A stretch of DNA of 64,000 bases, taken from positions 43,941 to 107,940 of the forward strand of contig JAPXRI010000005.1 of assembly GCA_033813635.1 (NCBI GenBank), in the 5' to 3' direction. Both the position numbers and the translations under genes were made by a program. Shown one piece after another: positions 63,186 to 64,000 of the stretch. This DNA is from Bacillota bacterium. GTDB lineage: Bacteria > Bacillota > Clostridia > Oscillospirales > QAMX01. The number at the start of each line of letters is the position of its first letter. Within the stretch, counting starts at the first letter, position 1. The notes under the pieces were generated by a model. The model saw nothing but the letters and a program-made list of their open reading frames with translations. It had not been told where the DNA came from and made no database searches.

Positions 63186-64000
63186 ATCACAAGCTCGCTC
63201 CTTATCACAAGGTTAAGTATGATCTGCGCGACTGCGAGCGGCATCATGTATTTCCAGTAGAAGCTCACCACCTGGTCCAGTCTGAGCCGGGCCATGGCCG
63301 AGCGCATAAGGGAGAGCAGCGCGAGGATGAAAATCGTTTTGACAAAAAACAGCAGCAGGTTCACCAGGAAAATATCCGTCACAAACGGGAGGAAGATCGC
63401 GGCGATCACGGCCGCCACCAGCACAAGCTCGCAGTCGTTGGCGGCTTTGAATATCGCCAGCAGCTTCCCGCTGTACTCCACAAACGCGCCTGATACGATT
63501 TCAGTCTCGGCCTCGGGCGCGTCGAACGGGGCGCGCTCAAGCTTGCCCTGGCTCGATATCAGCGCGACGACGAAGGCCGGAATATTCAGAAGGATGTAGA
63601 GAGGGTGTTCCGCGTAATAGGCCGATATCTCCGAGACCGACCAGGAGCCGGCGATCAGCGCCGGGGCCAGCAGCGCGACAAAAAGCGGGACCTCATAAGA
63701 AAACATCTGCGTAAGCGTACGAACTGAGCCGATCGTCGCGTACACATTCCGCGAATACCAGCCGGCAAGGAAGGCCACGAGCGCCGGGACAGTGATCAGG
63801 TACAGCAAAATAATCAGGTCGCCCTCAAAGGAAAAGCTCGACGTTTTTCCGGTCACGGGGACGTAGACGAACGCGGCGGCGACGGCCGCCAGCGAAATCA
63901 GCGGGAGGGTTTGAAACATCCCTTTGTTCGCGCCGGAGGGAATAATCGTCTCCTTGCCGATGAGCTTCAGAAAATCGGCCAGCGGCTGGTACCAGGGCGG
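63182..64000 (-). CDS. NuoH/HycD/EchB-like integral membrane hydrogenase subunit (5' end beyond the window)
   Basis: The frame stays open to the window edge. The sequence upstream of the listed Met reads PPWYQPLADFLKLIGKETIIP, matching the NuoH-family QP-x-AD-x-x-K motif. Confidence 0.75.
   Translation of the reverse strand, partial: PPWYQPLADFLKLIGKETIIPSGANKGMFQTLPLISLAAVAAAFVYVPVTGKTSSFSFEGDLIILLYLITVPALVAFLAGWYSRNVYATIGSVRTLTQMFSYEVPLFVALLAPALIAGSWSVSEISAYYAEHPLYILLNIPAFVVALISSQGKLERAPFDAPEAETEIVSGAFVEYSGKLLAIFKAANDCELVLVAAVIAAIFLPFVTDIFLVNLLLFFVKTIFILALLSLMRSAMARLRLDQVVSFYWKYMMPLAVAQIILNLVIRSELVI

Noticed and set aside
1-64000. Scan for CRISPR arrays, tRNA/rRNA genes, prophage or integrase genes, and toxin-antitoxin or defence-system genes
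   Set aside because: I saw no regularly spaced direct repeats, cloverleaf-like or rRNA-like sequences, integrases or recognisable defence genes. The only mobile-element trace is the IS256-type relic.

Overview
This is a 64-kb chromosomal window from a high-GC, spore-forming Firmicute. Gene content points to Clostridia (spoIID, a gerA-type operon, cwlJ/gerQ, a T-box leader, the gatCAB route). I support about 55 CDSs plus several gene relics. I saw no rRNA, tRNA or CRISPR array. Housekeeping blocks: alr-femX; pncB; a complete pyrC-K-D-F-E-B-I operon; an aspS::gatC fusion with gatA and gatB behind a T-box; thiN; and the tail of an Ech/Hyc-type hydrogenase operon. Accessory blocks: (i) At 13.2-20.9 kb, a tight operon encodes a signal-less GH-like protein, a divergent glycyl-radical enzyme, its activase and a LacY-like MFS symporter, with a flavodoxin-fold gene directly upstream. 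This is my best candidate for an undescribed catabolic system. (ii) At 42.3-50.2 kb, a visibly AT-richer island carries DUF4091, Gfo/Idh/MocA, xylose-isomerase-like TIM, AraC and DUF4838 genes. It also contains an IS256-type relic and an inverted ~110-bp duplication of the AraC operator/promoter module. (iii) At 53.3-61.2 kb there is a four-gene signal-less glycan-type operon, a second AraC regulator and a cytoplasmic FG-GAP propeller protein. Smaller oddities are a ThyX-fold protein without the ThyX motif, a histidine-kinase-like protein without the phospho-acceptor His, an Fpg/Nei-like protein without Pro2, and a decayed WYL regulator. All family calls rest on motif recognition by eye and none has been checked against a database.
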